This document shows, one piece after another, positions 61,671 through 64,000 of a stretch of 64,000 nucleotides of DNA. The stretch's first letter is position 1. Each line of letters opens with the position of its first letter. The stretch is from Fimbriosthenelais zetlandica (Eukaryota). Where the stretch lies: NCBI GenBank assembly GCA_977030845.1, contig OZ365118.1:2480001-2544000 (forward strand). Direction: 5' to 3'. The position numbers and the translations under genes are program-made. Below the pieces are notes generated by a model. The model saw nothing but the letters and a program-made list of their open reading frames with translations, did not search any database and was not told the origin of the DNA.

Positions 61671-64000
61671 TGGGGGGAGGGGTGGATGTATGGTGGAAGC
61701 CTGGTATATGACACAGACGATTAATTAGTGGTACTAATGAAGGGGCAATTACAGGTGAGGTAAGGTGGGAGATGACATGAGGGAATGATCACCTAGAGCA
61801 CTGAGAATTATCACCAGGGGAAGGTCTAAAACAACCACACCCATATATATATGGATATAACAGTGATTATATATACTCAACCCTTAAACTACACATGATT
61901 AACTAGATAATGTTTTATTCATTTATCACAGGTAATTAGCTAATCAACTACATGTGAACACATGTTATTTGTTATACGAGTGTTGATTAATGCATGGAAA
62001 TTGATGTAAGAACAGACTTACATATGCATTAATTAAGGTAGATTTAAACATGTTAAGATTCTTACATGTCCTTATAGATGTTTCACCAATAATACCAGGC
62101 TAATTGACGAGGAGATGTAACTGCAGTTACAAGGATGATTTTTAATGAATAATTTCAGTTAATATAAAGCCAGATAGATAAGAAATTGAATGCTAAAGTC
62201 AATGTTCAATAGCATGACAAATCACCACAAACTATGGGAGGAATCATGAATTAAGAACGACACCGTCTGTCAAATCTTGAATCGCTAAAGACCAATGTTG
62301 GACATTTGGCAGAGGACAAGGTTTACTATGCCAAATATTATAATGATCCCTTGATGGGTGGTAATAATTATTTTAATTTCAGAGACTCTATAATTAATCA
62401 TTATAATTATTCTGTAATAAAGTTGTAAGCTTCTGACTTGTAACCGTCAATCGATCATTAAGCTCTGACTTAAAGGTGTCTGTCAGGATGAGCTATAAGT
62501 CGTCCTTACATCTACTTCAGATATACCAACTGAGGTAAAGGGGATTATAAGAGATGACATGCAATTTGAACACGGCTCTTGAGCAAATCGCATGTTCCTG
62601 TTAGCCCACTTGCCCAAGCAGATAACACAAATTAATTCACTGCTTGAGAAAAAGTACAAATAATAGCCCGGGATGATCATCTTTTTACCGGCCTTCCTCA
62701 AATTTCCCGGCGAAACCAGCAAAATGTCCCTGATGGCTGTTTTTACAGGGAGAACCCAATGAAAGGATGTTCACTGAATGGCTTGAATGGGGGACATTGG
62801 AGTCAGCTCATTTCACGAGGCTATTTACGCTAATGGGAATTAGGCTTTCATAATAATTCCACCATGTCCCACAACAGAGTCAAGTACGACTAAGATATAT
62901 TTTATAAGGTTTCCTTAGAAACACATACATTGTCATGGTGATGATATAACGCCTATTATCTTTACATCCATCACACATTGTATGGTATGAATATATCATG
63001 TATAATGCCATATTAATGATATGGAAACAGATCGCGCATAATTGCATAATAACAATTCCCATTTACATCATATCAACCAACCACTCTCAAGTTATCAATG
63101 TATTTGTAACATTATATCAAACCCATTACATAATCTGAGTCATAATTCAAAGCATGTCTGTATTGGTCCGATCCTCGGTTGCCTGCTTCCAGTACGATAC
63201 AGCCGACCAAAAAGCTCGGCACTTTTTAAGAGGAACAGAAATTGGAGCTGGGAAGATACACCAAGGCTTTTAGCCTATACAATTTATTGTGCAACCCTCA
63301 CCCCTCACCCATATAAAGTCGGTAAAGACCCTAATATCCATGCAAATTAGAAGGGTCTGAAGTTACTGGGGGTGGGGAGGAGGGGGTGGGGGAGGGACTC
63401 ATCTTGAAGGTGCCTGACTGACCTACTTTATACACTCAATCTACTGCCACCATTGATTTGGCTGTCAGGAGAAGGAGACATTTTAATCTGGTTCTTCTGA
63501 GCAGCTCACGGGGAAACAACTCATTCTCCTTATCCATCAAAGTGAAAAACAAACAAGCTTCATGGATAGTGACAACTTAAAATCCCCCCGTATATTCCTG
63601 GTGCACTGAGACATACAAGACATGCCCTGAATTATATAGTCCAATTTCTTCACTGTGAATCCAGCTCAGGATATATTTATAATTTTTATTGAGCCATGTT
63701 ATGGGTGAAGCTATAATATGCTCGGGAATTGGAGGACCTAAGCCCTGAGCTATGTGATAATTCAGCTTTTTATACATTGATTGGAAGTACTTATAAAAAG
63801 TACCATTTCTTTTATTATGTAATGAAGAGGTGCTCATAAGAAGCATCAATATCTGGGGCGGGTCTGTGAGAAGTTGATTAAATTGACTCACTTGATGGAG
63901 GGTTTAATGGGGATGCGTGCTTTATGGATTAATTCTAATGGTCGTCCTCATTAAGATTCAGCCTCAATGACAGGTTTAAAAACCCCGCTCTCAAGTAGGT

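Noticed and set aside
1-64000. CRISPR arrays, prokaryotic operons, tRNA/rRNA, transposase or reverse-transcriptase ORFs
   Set aside because: The tandem repeats have no unique spacers, the gene is spliced and eukaryotic, and no such ORFs or RNA signatures were recognised. Degenerate lineage-specific repeats could still be present undetected.

Overview
Eukaryotic (animal) genomic DNA. The gene content and CTCF-type motifs suggest an invertebrate bilaterian; this is inference and the species was not identified. One protein-coding gene is solidly supported: a minus-strand THSD1-like type-I membrane protein of about 1,020 aa plus an unlocated signal peptide. It is built from five phase-consistent GT-AG exons: 51694-50717 (THSD1-type N-terminal ectodomain), 14214-14032 (TSP1), 13769-13555 and 13406-13235 (split CUB domain), and 12937-11418 (TM helix plus long S/P/R-rich tail). 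A 36.5-kb intron separates the first two of these exons; the other three introns are 148-297 nt. The probable promoter is a bidirectional-looking ETS/CTCF/YY1 island at about 54.7 kb, and the 3' end is probably near 8.0 kb. The rest of the window is non-coding, dotted with short motif-dense islands (CRE, E-box, ETS, NRF1, YY1, RFX X-box, nuclear-receptor half-sites, CTCF), small tandem repeats and poly-G/C tracts. Weaker splice-signal evidence suggests a second minus-strand gene starting near 7.4 kb and leaving the window to the left, plus unassigned exon-like segments at 55-58 kb and 61 kb. I recognised no transposon ORFs, tRNA, rRNA, known miRNA or CRISPR array. The most notable observations are the THSD1+TSP1+CUB architecture, a six-copy YY1-motif/mini-ORF array just after the stop codon, a diverged duplicated first-exon-like module at 7.0-7.4 kb, and the repeat-poor, motif-rich giant intron. 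All motif scanning was done by eye.
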